A DNA stretch of 64,000 bases, taken from positions 1 to 64,000 of IMG/VR virus record IMGVR_UViG_3300047282_000191. One strand, written 5' to 3'. The DNA comes from a virus. Taxonomy: Duplodnaviria; Caudoviricetes. A program made the translations under genes and the position numbers. Below the pieces are notes generated by a model that saw nothing but the letters and a program-made list of their open reading frames with translations, was not told the DNA's origin and searched no databases. This document shows, piece by piece, positions 55,696 to 64,000 of this stretch. Position 1 is the first letter of the stretch, and each line of letters starts with the position of its first letter.

Positions 55696-57385
55696 CTAAG
55701 GCTCGGTCATCAGAGGCTAATATCAATACGTGAAGTAATGCTAAGAAAAATACTTCTTGCATCTGGTTTTGTACTTTAACTATTCTGCCAGTTGGCATAT
55801 TTCTCTTAGCTAGAATTTGATAATAAAAATCGTCGATACTTACTTGCTTATCTCCGATTAAATGTTCTATAGCATCAAGGAACTCTTCTGGTTTAACTTT
55901 ATCCAGTTCTTTATGCTTACCTTCCATAATCTCTAACCAAAAACCCAACAATCGTTGAGGATCTTTAAACTTATTAACGAGATCATTGTGTACTTTATCG
56001 AGCGATGGATGATACTGATAGACATAGTAGAATAGCATATAGCTGATAGCTTTGAGGAATGTTTGTTCGTACCCTTCAGTGTGCAATGCACGGACTAATG
56101 TATCATATTTAATCTTAAATTGTTTCTTGGCGATATCTTCTTGTAAATCTACATAAAGCTTAACAATCTTTTGACACATGTCATCTGGTCTGAACATACG
56201 CGTACCAGTATCTAAGTTGCCCGCTGGACACTGATAGCATGCATTCTTATAATCACAAGTCTTGCACTGCTCTTCCTCTTCGAACATCTTAGCATATTCT
56301 TTTTGGAAGTGTTTATAACGATCTATATAGATCGTATCATTAAATATATTACCCAATATAGTATCTGATGTTGGCCCACCCTTTTGATTTGTGAAGAAGT
56401 AGCAACCAGAAAAATCTCCACTGGCATCAATCGCTATCATATCAGAACCGATCATACAGTTCTCTTCGCCCTTCTTTCCAACACCCTCACTAAAATGGAT
56501 TTGCAAGTCTTCATACTTATCAAGCGATTTTAATATGTCATTGTGGAGAGTATTCCATTCTTGTTCACTCCATTGAATGAATCCTCTTGCAGAATCTAAT
56601 ATCAATGGATGAACTACTAAACGTCTAATTCCTCGCTTATACAAATTATCAACAAACTCTGCAAAGTAAGGTGCATTCTCTCTGGCAAGAGTACAGCGTA
56701 CAGTGACTCGTTTCTGAAATTTTGGCTCTTCTGGGATTGTTTGGATCTGATCCATGAGCTTGTTTATCTTCTCTTGACCGATCTCTCTATGATCGACCTC
56801 AGCCTTATCAGTATCTAGCGAGATAAGCATATATGTAAAGTCGTGCGAGAAATATTCTTCAACAAGAGGTTGACTTAATAATAACCCATTGGTGACGATA
56901 CCGATAACAGTATTACTCTCTCCACGTGAGTTAAGTTCTAGCTCTTCTTTATTCTTGCGTAGGAAATCTAAGATGATATCTTTGTGGATTAAAGGTTCTC
57001 CGCCAAAGAATTGAAATACTTTCTTTTGATTAGTGTTTGCATCTTTTAAGAATCGATATGCAGTTAAGAGAGACTCATTGGTAAACCTACCAAAGTCTTT
57101 CTTATGCTGCTCATAACAATAAGAACATGATAAATTACATGCATTAGTTAATATAAGATTCATCTGCTTCAATTCACTGAACAGATATTTTGTATTGCTT
57201 ATATTAAGAATAGTCTCTGTTTCTTTAGGAACTACAGAGATTAATTTATTAATCTTATCCAATCCCTTTGGTGTAATAATCTTTTCACTAAGGAATTGAA
57301 ATTGTCCATCAGTCTCAACAACTGAGGCTTTATGATCTTCTTGTCTTTGTCTTTGAGCTTCGGTTTTTAACCAAATAGTCTTCAT
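55664..57385 (-). CDS. Radical SAM/SPASM protein with C-terminal extension
   Basis: CNLSCSYC, FFGGEPL and TNGLLL; SPASM CMIG..GDFSGC..CKTCDYKNACYQCP..C; ATG overlaps the peptide stop (ATGA). Confidence 0.93.
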   Translation of the reverse strand: MKTIWLKTEAQRQRQEDHKASVVETDGQFQFLSEKIITPKGLDKINKLISVVPKETETILNISNTKYLFSELKQMNLILTNACNLSCSYCYEQHKKDFGRFTNESLLTAYRFLKDANTNQKKVFQFFGGEPLIHKDIILDFLRKNKEELELNSRGESNTVIGIVTNGLLLSQPLVEEYFSHDFTYMLISLDTDKAEVDHREIGQEKINKLMDQIQTIPEEPKFQKRVTVRCTLARENAPYFAEFVDNLYKRGIRRLVVHPLILDSARGFIQWSEQEWNTLHNDILKSLDKYEDLQIHFSEGVGKKGEENCMIGSDMIAIDASGDFSGCYFFTNQKGGPTSDTILGNIFNDTIYIDRYKHFQKEYAKMFEEEEQCKTCDYKNACYQCPAGNLDTGTRMFRPDDMCQKIVKLYVDLQEDIAKKQFKIKYDTLVRALHTEGYEQTFLKAISYMLFYYVYQYHPSLDKVHNDLVNKFKDPQRLLGFWLEIMEGKHKELDKVKPEEFLDAIEHLIGDKQVSIDDFYYQILAKRNMPTGRIVKVQNQMQEVFFLALLHVLILASDDRALDDAISYKLLQ

Positions 57386-57588
57386 ACAGTCCCACGGCCA
57401 CAAGCGCAAGCACACTGACATTCGCAGACAGTGTTATAATCATCATAAAATATGTGGCTGTGAGATGCTAGAGATTCTAGCACATCTAGCATTTGCCTAA
57501 AAGTATCAGCTGAAATAGTATCTTCAACTGCCTTTGTACCTGGGACCGTTGATCCAGTATTAAAATCGCTCGTATTTTCTACACCCAT
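57382..57588 (-). CDS. Cys-rich putative precursor/substrate peptide (68 aa, C-terminal CECQCACAC)
   Basis: Hand-verified translation; coupled to the first radical SAM gene. Confidence 0.8.
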   Translation of the reverse strand: MGVENTSDFNTGSTVPGTKAVEDTISADTFRQMLDVLESLASHSHIFYDDYNTVCECQCACACGRGTV

Positions 57589-57589
57589 T

Positions 57590-58549
57590 TTAAACCTCTT
57601 CGTAATGTTTAGATATAGTTATATTATATACTAAACGGTTTCCACTATTAATAAACGTCCAATCCATGGTATTACCAGTATTTAATCGAAGACTGATATA
57701 ACCACTTTGTTGACCTTTTTTAAATCGTGCTTTATATTTATTAGACCCCAGGTTGATGATATCAAAATCGCTTGCAACCTTTATCAATGATGGATCTAAA
57801 TTTTCATCAAGTGCTTGACGAAGGATACCTAATGCACCAACATCAAACTCGAATTCTTCTCCGCGTACTACATACCATCTATCTTCTAATGGATATGCAT
57901 TCTTACTCATCTTTGGCTTTAAGAACTGAGTAGCGAAATCTCCCATATGTGCATCTAGATTTCTAAACCTTGCTTTGTCTGTTTCGAATTCTACTTCATC
58001 ACCCAAAACAATAGTTGACGGGTTAAAAACCACAAGATAGATCGGAGCATTCTTCATCTTGTACGCATAAAACCACGTTATTGTACTGATGTGTTTATTT
58101 TCATCAGTAGTTATGAATTCTTCTTTTTGTATATCATATATGTGACCACCCATCCAAGGATTGCGAGTATAGAATACGCTGTTTTGTATGATATCGTTAT
58201 GAGAACCACCACTCATAAATGTACCAAAGCCAAGTGACTTTTCTTGATTTTTATCAAGCCACTCAATTACAAAGTTTACATCGATGCCTTTAGTGACTGC
58301 TCTATTCATCTCCATCGAAGGTTGCACAAATTGCTTTGTTAATACAAAGTCGTAACCATCTACATGACCTCTATTCTTATTAAATACAATCTTATTGTCC
58401 TTCTTATCGAAATGATATAGATAAGATTGTGGTTCCTTAGGGTTTACCCAAAAACCTTTTATATCAGAATCAGAATTCCATGTTTGGATAGCATCTAACC
58501 ATGGGGTACTTTTTGTTTGACCACATTGAAAAAATACTATAGGTTTCAT
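57590..58549 (-). CDS. Hypothetical protein (319 aa)
   Basis: ORF track; GGAG SD; stop lies 1 nt before the peptide start. Confidence 0.8.
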   Translation of the reverse strand: MKPIVFFQCGQTKSTPWLDAIQTWNSDSDIKGFWVNPKEPQSYLYHFDKKDNKIVFNKNRGHVDGYDFVLTKQFVQPSMEMNRAVTKGIDVNFVIEWLDKNQEKSLGFGTFMSGGSHNDIIQNSVFYTRNPWMGGHIYDIQKEEFITTDENKHISTITWFYAYKMKNAPIYLVVFNPSTIVLGDEVEFETDKARFRNLDAHMGDFATQFLKPKMSKNAYPLEDRWYVVRGEEFEFDVGALGILRQALDENLDPSLIKVASDFDIINLGSNKYKARFKKGQQSGYISLRLNTGNTMDWTFINSGNRLVYNITISKHYEEV

Positions 58550-58558
58550 GACATCTCC

Positions 58559-59785
58559 ATGTTTAATTATAATTACGTACTACCTTACACCAATCACTCA
58601 GATCTTGAACCGTTAATCATCAGTTCCGCTGAGGACTTCCATTTGATTACGAAGTCTGGTCAGCGGATCCTAGATGCCCAATGCGGCAATATTAACTGCA
58701 ACTTGGGTTACTCTCAACATTCAATATCCAATGCTATTTATATGGCATCCAAGTCATTACCGTTCAGTAGACATAATAATGCTATGTTAGCCGAGATTGG
58801 CGCAGAGTATTCTAAGCGTCTATCCTACTATTTCCCGAAGCATGAAAAGTTTTTCTTTGGAAGTTCTGGATCAGATGCCATTGAGACGGCTTTACGTTTG
58901 TCATATATGACACGATTAAAACAAAAGAGCGATAAGAAAAAGATAGTTACGTTTAAGGGATCATACCATGGATCTACATGGTTGACAGGATCCATCAGTG
59001 ATTTGGGAGGTTTAGGACAACACTTACCCCATTGGCCAGATAATTTAAAGTTGTCATCTCCATTTGGTAATGATGGGCAACAAACATTGTACGAGCTTGA
59101 AATGTTAGACTTGTCGGGAGTTAGTTCCATAGTAATAGAACCATTCACATATTTGTCTGGAGTGTTTGAATGTAGTTATACATTTTGGGAAGAACTTGAA
59201 AAGATATGTAAACAAAATGATATCCATCTAATATTAGACGAATCTGCATCGAGTTTCTTTAAGACTGGCAATTCATTCTACTACACATCAATTCCAATAG
59301 AACCAACATTCATAGTACTATCAAAAAGTATTACTGCAGGTTACATGCCCCTCTCAGCCGTAGCTATCCACAATGATATTTGGCATATATTACAAGATGA
59401 ATGGATCGTACATGGTTGGACAAATAGTGGATCAGTACCTGGATTAGCAGCAGCAAATGAAGCATTATTAATTTATGAAGAAAATGATTTTAATAATTGT
59501 GATTTGGTAGAAGATTTTCTATCATGGCTGGTGAGCGAGCATGACATTACCTCAACTAGACAAGTTGGTAACTTCTTTGCTTTTGATATGAAATCTAGGA
59601 AGTGGCGCCGAGATGTTGGCGTGAGGTTTGCTTCAGTAGCACTTAAACACGATCTTCAATTGACTACATTTAAGTATGATGCTATCGCTCGCGGATTGAT
59701 ACCACTAAATGCTACTGATAAATATTTTGATGAATTAAAAGAAAAAGTAAGCCGAGTCGTAGAAGATCGTGACTTACTGCGTTAA
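58559..59785 (+). CDS. Class III PLP-dependent aminotransferase
   Basis: FFGSSGSDAIE, SYHGST, IEP, LILDE..FFKTG, LSKSITAGYMPLSA (PLP Lys) and HGWTNSG; ATG 58559 is likely (track starts at TTG 58517). Confidence 0.9.
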   Translation: MFNYNYVLPYTNHSDLEPLIISSAEDFHLITKSGQRILDAQCGNINCNLGYSQHSISNAIYMASKSLPFSRHNNAMLAEIGAEYSKRLSYYFPKHEKFFFGSSGSDAIETALRLSYMTRLKQKSDKKKIVTFKGSYHGSTWLTGSISDLGGLGQHLPHWPDNLKLSSPFGNDGQQTLYELEMLDLSGVSSIVIEPFTYLSGVFECSYTFWEELEKICKQNDIHLILDESASSFFKTGNSFYYTSIPIEPTFIVLSKSITAGYMPLSAVAIHNDIWHILQDEWIVHGWTNSGSVPGLAAANEALLIYEENDFNNCDLVEDFLSWLVSEHDITSTRQVGNFFAFDMKSRKWRRDVGVRFASVALKHDLQLTTFKYDAIARGLIPLNATDKYFDELKEKVSRVVEDRDLLR

Positions 59786-60147
59786 CCAGTACGATCATCA
59801 ATCGTATGATTATGATTTCCAAGTGTATTAATTTTATTTCTCATGTCATTATGTTTATCTGCAAAGATCTTATCACCTTGAGATATACCAGGTATTGATC
59901 CACCAATACTAGCAGTATTCTTATCTTCATAATAATTTCCCCGATCACCATTATTACCAAATGTTGCTAATTGATATGCATCATCATAGGTATGGTAATG
60001 ACCTAACCAACTATTGATTAAGTTAATTAATGAAGTAATATCAGAAGCATTAATATTATTTCCTGATTGAATATTATTTCTTAGTCCGGCAATTGGACTA
60101 TTATCAGCAAATATATTGGCCTTAGGAGATCTTGAGTCTTGTGCCAT
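59782..60147 (-). CDS. 121-aa protein with two I-x-A...H-x-H-T-x-DD repeats
   Basis: INASDITSLINLINSWLGHYHTYDD and IFADKHNDMRNKINTLGNHNHTIDD. Confidence 0.75.
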   Translation of the reverse strand: MAQDSRSPKANIFADNSPIAGLRNNIQSGNNINASDITSLINLINSWLGHYHTYDDAYQLATFGNNGDRGNYYEDKNTASIGGSIPGISQGDKIFADKHNDMRNKINTLGNHNHTIDDRTG

Positions 60148-60148
60148 C

Positions 60149-60523
60149 TTATACCCCTATGACTTCGTCATAAAAAGATTTATCTGCAAATTCAGGTATA
60201 CGAACATATACTTTCTCAGCTGATATTCCTCTTGCAATCATTTTTTTAATTAAACTATCAATATAAGTTTGTGTTTGATTTAAGTCGAATGCTTCTACCA
60301 ATGGTTTAATATACGCAATAGATTCTAGATTATGATCTAAATTAATAAAGCTTTCATAAATAGCATCCCAATTTGGATCAATAAGCACTGCATTCGTAGT
60401 TTCTGGGATATCAATATCTCCAACTACACCAATTAATTTTTGTACACTCGGTTTTTCACCGAAATAATTTTTTAAAATATCATGTTGTACAATAAACTCA
60501 AAGAAAACGTCTTCATGATTCAT
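60149..60523 (-). CDS. Hypothetical acidic protein
   Basis: Likely start MNHEDVFF by TAATG overlap with the fibre gene. Confidence 0.7.
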   Translation of the reverse strand: MNHEDVFFEFIVQHDILKNYFGEKPSVQKLIGVVGDIDIPETTNAVLIDPNWDAIYESFINLDHNLESIAYIKPLVEAFDLNQTQTYIDSLIKKMIARGISAEKVYVRIPEFADKSFYDEVIGV

Positions 60524-61620
60524 TATAGTATCACACACTCAACTAATTTTTCGCTAAATTCTTGATTTGTTTCAAGAGCTACACCAACAGGATTTAATAC
60601 GCCATAGATTGCTCTACCATCGACGTTGGCGATTACTGTTTGTCCTTTTGCAATTGGACCAATAACTCTAACTGGAACTCGTCCGCGAAGAGCAATCGCT
60701 TGACCATCAGCATCTTTATTCATTAAGAATGCTGGCTTCTCAGAAATTACACCAACTGCGATTTGACCTGGAGCATAAGAAGCTGTACACTCTGATTCAG
60801 TACTCAATGAAACCACCATGACAGTTCCAACTGGATATTCTTTATCGGTTGTATATTTTTCTGCTAAGTCGGCGTATCTAGCTGATGTTGCAACACCATT
60901 AAACACGTTTGCTGTTAAATTGCCTGAACTATCACGTGCTGCGATAGTAGAATTAGTTGCAGCTGTAGCACTATTCATACCATCTAATAAGTCAGCATCA
61001 AGACCAGAGCTTGCTCCATCATTGCCAGAATGCCATGGAGTATAACCTAACGCAGCGACTACGTTAGCATTAGTTAAACTAAATTCACCTGAAGTAGAAT
61101 TATATGTTATGTTTCCATTAGTAGAAGCAATGCTTATTGCTGATCTTGCGCGAGCGTTTGTAAAATAAAGGTTAGTACTACCTTCTGCTGTAGCATCTGT
61201 AGTAAATGTAATGTTTGCAGAACCATTAAAAGAAGCACCGTTGATTGTGCGAGCAGTTTGTAATGTTGTAGCAGTCGATGCATTACCAGTAACATTACCT
61301 GTCAAGTTACCAGTAACGTTTCCAGTAAGAGGACCGTTAAATTTAGTAGACGTCATTTCTCCAGTAACAGTTAAGTTACCAGCAGCAGTTAATACAAGTT
61401 CGAATGTGTCTGCAGAATCTACGTTTACTTTGAATTCATTACCATCAGTAGAGATAACACCATCAAGAGGTCCTGCAGATCTTACTTCATTAATCGCTGC
61501 AACTACATTCGTTGCATCAGTTAATAATCCAGCCGTGTCTCCTACGAAGTCACCAATCTGATTAGTTTTTAGTCTCCACCCATTAAAGGTGTCGGTTAGA
61601 TTTACGTTGATAGCTGCCAT
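60523..61620 (-). CDS. Tail-fibre-like protein with peptidase G2/chaperone-like C-terminus
   Basis: INVNLTDTFNGWRLKTN, GLDADLLDG, ARYADLAEKY and IALRGRVPVRV. Confidence 0.8.
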   Translation of the reverse strand: MAAINVNLTDTFNGWRLKTNQIGDFVGDTAGLLTDATNVVAAINEVRSAGPLDGVISTDGNEFKVNVDSADTFELVLTAAGNLTVTGEMTSTKFNGPLTGNVTGNLTGNVTGNASTATTLQTARTINGASFNGSANITFTTDATAEGSTNLYFTNARARSAISIASTNGNITYNSTSGEFSLTNANVVAALGYTPWHSGNDGASSGLDADLLDGMNSATAATNSTIAARDSSGNLTANVFNGVATSARYADLAEKYTTDKEYPVGTVMVVSLSTESECTASYAPGQIAVGVISEKPAFLMNKDADGQAIALRGRVPVRVIGPIAKGQTVIANVDGRAIYGVLNPVGVALETNQEFSEKLVECVIL

Positions 61621-61630
61621 TTATATCTCT

Positions 61631-61879
61631 CTATTTTTGAATGTTAGCAAGAATAGTAACTAACATGCTTTTAATTTCACTTACTTCTTTTTTGATATCG
61701 TTGATATCAGTAGTATTCTTTTCAACTTGTTGTTGTGCATTAATTAGTCTTTGTCTATTTTGCAAATACTTATTATATGAAATGTCATCTTTATTTATTA
61801 CAACTTTTGAAACAGGGTCTCGATATAACCCTGTTTCATTTTCTACTTTCATCAAAACCTTTTCACTAAGCACAGGCAA
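61631..61879 (-). CDS. Small coiled-coil protein
   Basis: GLYRDPVSKVVIN followed by heptads; usual neighbour of the large structural gene. Confidence 0.75.
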   Translation of the reverse strand: MPVLSEKVLMKVENETGLYRDPVSKVVINKDDISYNKYLQNRQRLINAQQQVEKNTTDINDIKKEVSEIKSMLVTILANIQK

Positions 61880-64000
61880 TCACCCTTAGATCTTTAACTC
61901 TAGGTACTTGAGCAGAATTACCAGTCTTGAATACTATCTTAACTACGACTGCATCGAATGCAGGTAAGTTTTCTAATTCATAAGCAACATCAGTAAATGT
62001 ATTACGATTAGACGTCTTAATTAAGTTAGCTGTAGGAGTAGCTTTTACAAAGTTAAACTTGGTAATATCATTAGTTGAACCAGCAGGTAATAGCTTGTAA
62101 TAAACTTCTATGTCTGAACCAGTCACTGCTGGAATGTTAGCTCCAAACATGATCTTCAAGAATGTAGAAGAATTTGCTAAGTTAACAACTCGTGTAACAT
62201 ATTTAGATTCAGAAGACCCACCTGTTGGAGCTATCTCACTAACATAGTTATCCAATAAGGTAATAGTAGTAGTGGTTGCAGCTTGAGTTGTGAATGTGTG
62301 GTCACAAGTAATAGTAGAACCATCAGAAGCCACAGCTGTAACTAATATTGGATCAGTAGTATTATTTGTTGAAGATCCAGTTCCAGTTATTTCAATGTAC
62401 TTGCCAACAGCAATACCTGTCGCATCACTTCTTAAACTACCAGTGTTCGCAATGCTGATAGTACTTCCTGAGTATGACACGTTATTTCCAGCAGTCGTCA
62501 ATACTACTTTATAATCTAAATCATCATTATTTTTAGTTGAATATGTGTACGTATCAATCTTATTAGAAATTGTTGTCAATGACATGCGTGAAGTATCAAT
62601 AACTGGAGACAAGTTTTCATTCTCAGATGTTAATCTTGCAGTTACGACTAATGATTTGTTACCAGATAGAGCTGATAAGTTTTCATTAGTCTGTGAAGCT
62701 ACGATATTCTTATTATCAAAATATGTAGTTACGTTAGGTATCAATGAAGTTTCTGCAGAAGCTGCGCTATATGATTCATTGATTGGTGTCATACCAAATG
62801 CTAATGTTGTCTCTGAGAATACTTGAGACTGAGCGATAAAGTTGACAGCATCGTATCCAACGTTAACTGTGGCAACTACATTTTCTCCACCAACAAAACC
62901 ACTGTTAGTAGCATTAGTTCCAACATCGATTACGAATGAGTCGATCTCGCTGTCTACGACTGTGAACGTTCCATTTAAACCTGTAGATGCTGTAGTAACT
63001 ATACCGTTATATGTTCCTGCAGCCACGTTAGAGATGATGACTGATGAGTTGTTTGGCATAGCATGATTTTTAGCAAACACGCGTACTTTGTCTGTCCCGC
63101 TCTTAGTTTGGAAAGGATCAGTCTCTAATATGATTGGAGGAAGCGGTTCATTATTAAACTCAATGACTGGTTGCTGTGTTATATCGAAAACAGCTGAACG
63201 AATCGTGAACTTTAGATCCTGTTCTTGATTAGCTGTCCAAGTAGAAGCATTTTGCGATTTAAATAAAACACCAGCATAAGGCTGTTCAGATATGAAACGA
63301 TCTGTACCAATAGCTTTTTCTCCGAGTTGTGCAATCCAAACTCTATATTGATTTGAATCAGATAATAACACAATACAGTATTCTGTCAAATCTTGCAAGA
63401 ATACTGGAGACTCGAACCTGAATGTAGTAGGAGTGGTTCCAGTATTTGGATTAATATTAACCTTATCTGGAGTTAATGTAACTCTTGAGAATGGCAACAC
63501 GCGTTGACCTGGATATCCATTTACAACTTCACGAATTTGAAGAGTTACTGGAATGCCAATATCCTTTGTTGCAAAGAATACGTCTACACTGGTAATAAAT
63601 GCACCACCGGTGGATTGTACTAAGAATGTTTGAGCCAATGGATCATACCATCCGCTATCACGAGTTAAACGTTCATCTGAATAAACTTCAGTAGTTTGAG
63701 ATTCAGAAACTTGTTGAGTTGCAATTTCTGCATTTCTAACAGCGTTGATAGTTTTTTGTCTAGTCTCAAGTATACCTTGTGCACGATATTGACCACGACC
63801 TTGTGTAGTGAAGTCTAAGGATCCTGTGTTGCTATCAGTTAATTTGAATTCTCTGACACCAGTTCTAAAACGAATTGAATCAGTATTTGGGATCTTAAAT
63901 ACACCAGCAACTGAACCGTTGAAGTTTGTTACAACATCATCAGCTTCTGTAGCTACTACTACGCTTCCATTAACTTCATATTCTGTTCCAGAAATAGAAC
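61866..64000 (-). CDS. Large baseplate/tail structural protein (DUF4815-like), 5' truncated
   Basis: Frame is open from the window edge through WYDPLAQTF; GYP..LPFS, WTANQEQDLKF and PRVKDLRVIA. Confidence 0.85.
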   Translation of the reverse strand, partial: SISGTEYEVNGSVVVATEADDVVTNFNGSVAGVFKIPNTDSIRFRTGVREFKLTDSNTGSLDFTTQGRGQYRAQGILETRQKTINAVRNAEIATQQVSESQTTEVYSDERLTRDSGWYDPLAQTFLVQSTGGAFITSVDVFFATKDIGIPVTLQIREVVNGYPGQRVLPFSRVTLTPDKVNINPNTGTTPTTFRFESPVFLQDLTEYCIVLLSDSNQYRVWIAQLGEKAIGTDRFISEQPYAGVLFKSQNASTWTANQEQDLKFTIRSAVFDITQQPVIEFNNEPLPPIILETDPFQTKSGTDKVRVFAKNHAMPNNSSVIISNVAAGTYNGIVTTASTGLNGTFTVVDSEIDSFVIDVGTNATNSGFVGGENVVATVNVGYDAVNFIAQSQVFSETTLAFGMTPINESYSAASAETSLIPNVTTYFDNKNIVASQTNENLSALSGNKSLVVTARLTSENENLSPVIDTSRMSLTTISNKIDTYTYSTKNNDDLDYKVVLTTAGNNVSYSGSTISIANTGSLRSDATGIAVGKYIEITGTGSSTNNTTDPILVTAVASDGSTITCDHTFTTQAATTTTITLLDNYVSEIAPTGGSSESKYVTRVVNLANSSTFLKIMFGANIPAVTGSDIEVYYKLLPAGSTNDITKFNFVKATPTANLIKTSNRNTFTDVAYELENLPAFDAVVVKIVFKTGNSAQVPRVKDLRVIACA

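Noticed and set aside
52191-57385. Radical SAM genes as QueE, NrdG or MoaA-type housekeeping enzymes
   Set aside because: They are longer, carry SPASM-type cysteines, lack queC/queD/nrdD neighbours here and are coupled to a Cys-rich peptide.
525-63066. Numerous short plus-strand ORFs and nested minus-strand ORFs in the six-frame track
   Set aside because: They lie inside well-supported genes, lack motifs and SD sites, and are typical shadow frames. Only the aminotransferase is credible on the plus strand.
61866-63638. ORF-track start at 63638 for the large structural protein
   Set aside because: The frame stays open to the window edge and the track start falls inside the conserved DPLAQTF motif, so the gene is 5'-truncated.
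1-64000. tRNA, rRNA, CRISPR array, integrase, transposase, reverse transcriptase (DGR)
   Set aside because: Intergenic gaps are short and explained by promoters or terminators. I saw no cloverleaf, spaced direct repeats or relevant ORFs. tRNAscan was not run.
1-64000. Stop-codon reassignment
   Set aside because: Core genes translate full-length in the standard code and use TAA, TGA and TAG as stops at expected ends.

Overview
The window is a 64-kb segment of a T4-like myovirus genome with cyanophage/pelagiphage-type gene order, almost entirely on the minus strand. The transcription direction runs from high to low coordinates. It opens with a truncated large baseplate/structural gene and a tail-fibre gene (60.5-64 kb). 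Next is an enzyme cassette (51.5-60.5 kb): a 68-aa CxCxCxCxC peptide translationally coupled to four radical SAM genes, a DUF3050 heme-oxygenase-like oxidase, and an inverted class III PLP aminotransferase. Small structural genes and a long tail fibre follow (43.9-51.4 kb). A second accessory cassette (31.4-43.8 kb) holds two Ig/beta-propeller paralogues, a U32-methyltransferase fusion, a flavin-dependent halogenase, two 2OG-Fe(II) oxygenases, a permease, an outer-membrane beta-barrel and Dps. The core morphogenesis block (gp13-gp23, gp3) and the recombination/replication block (uvsY, uvsW, gp55, gp47, gp46, def, CobT/CobS-like pair, gp45, gp44, gp62, regA, hsp20) complete the window. T4-type late promoters (TATAAATA) and a family of sigma70-like TKTACW-N17-TATAAT promoters are visible. 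The strongest candidate for an undescribed system is the radical SAM cassette. Its Cys-rich putative precursor shares an exactly spaced I-x-A...H-x-H..DD motif with a neighbouring 121-aa protein, which suggests RiPP-type chemistry applied to a virion fibre component. All family assignments come from motif recognition by eye; no database search was run.
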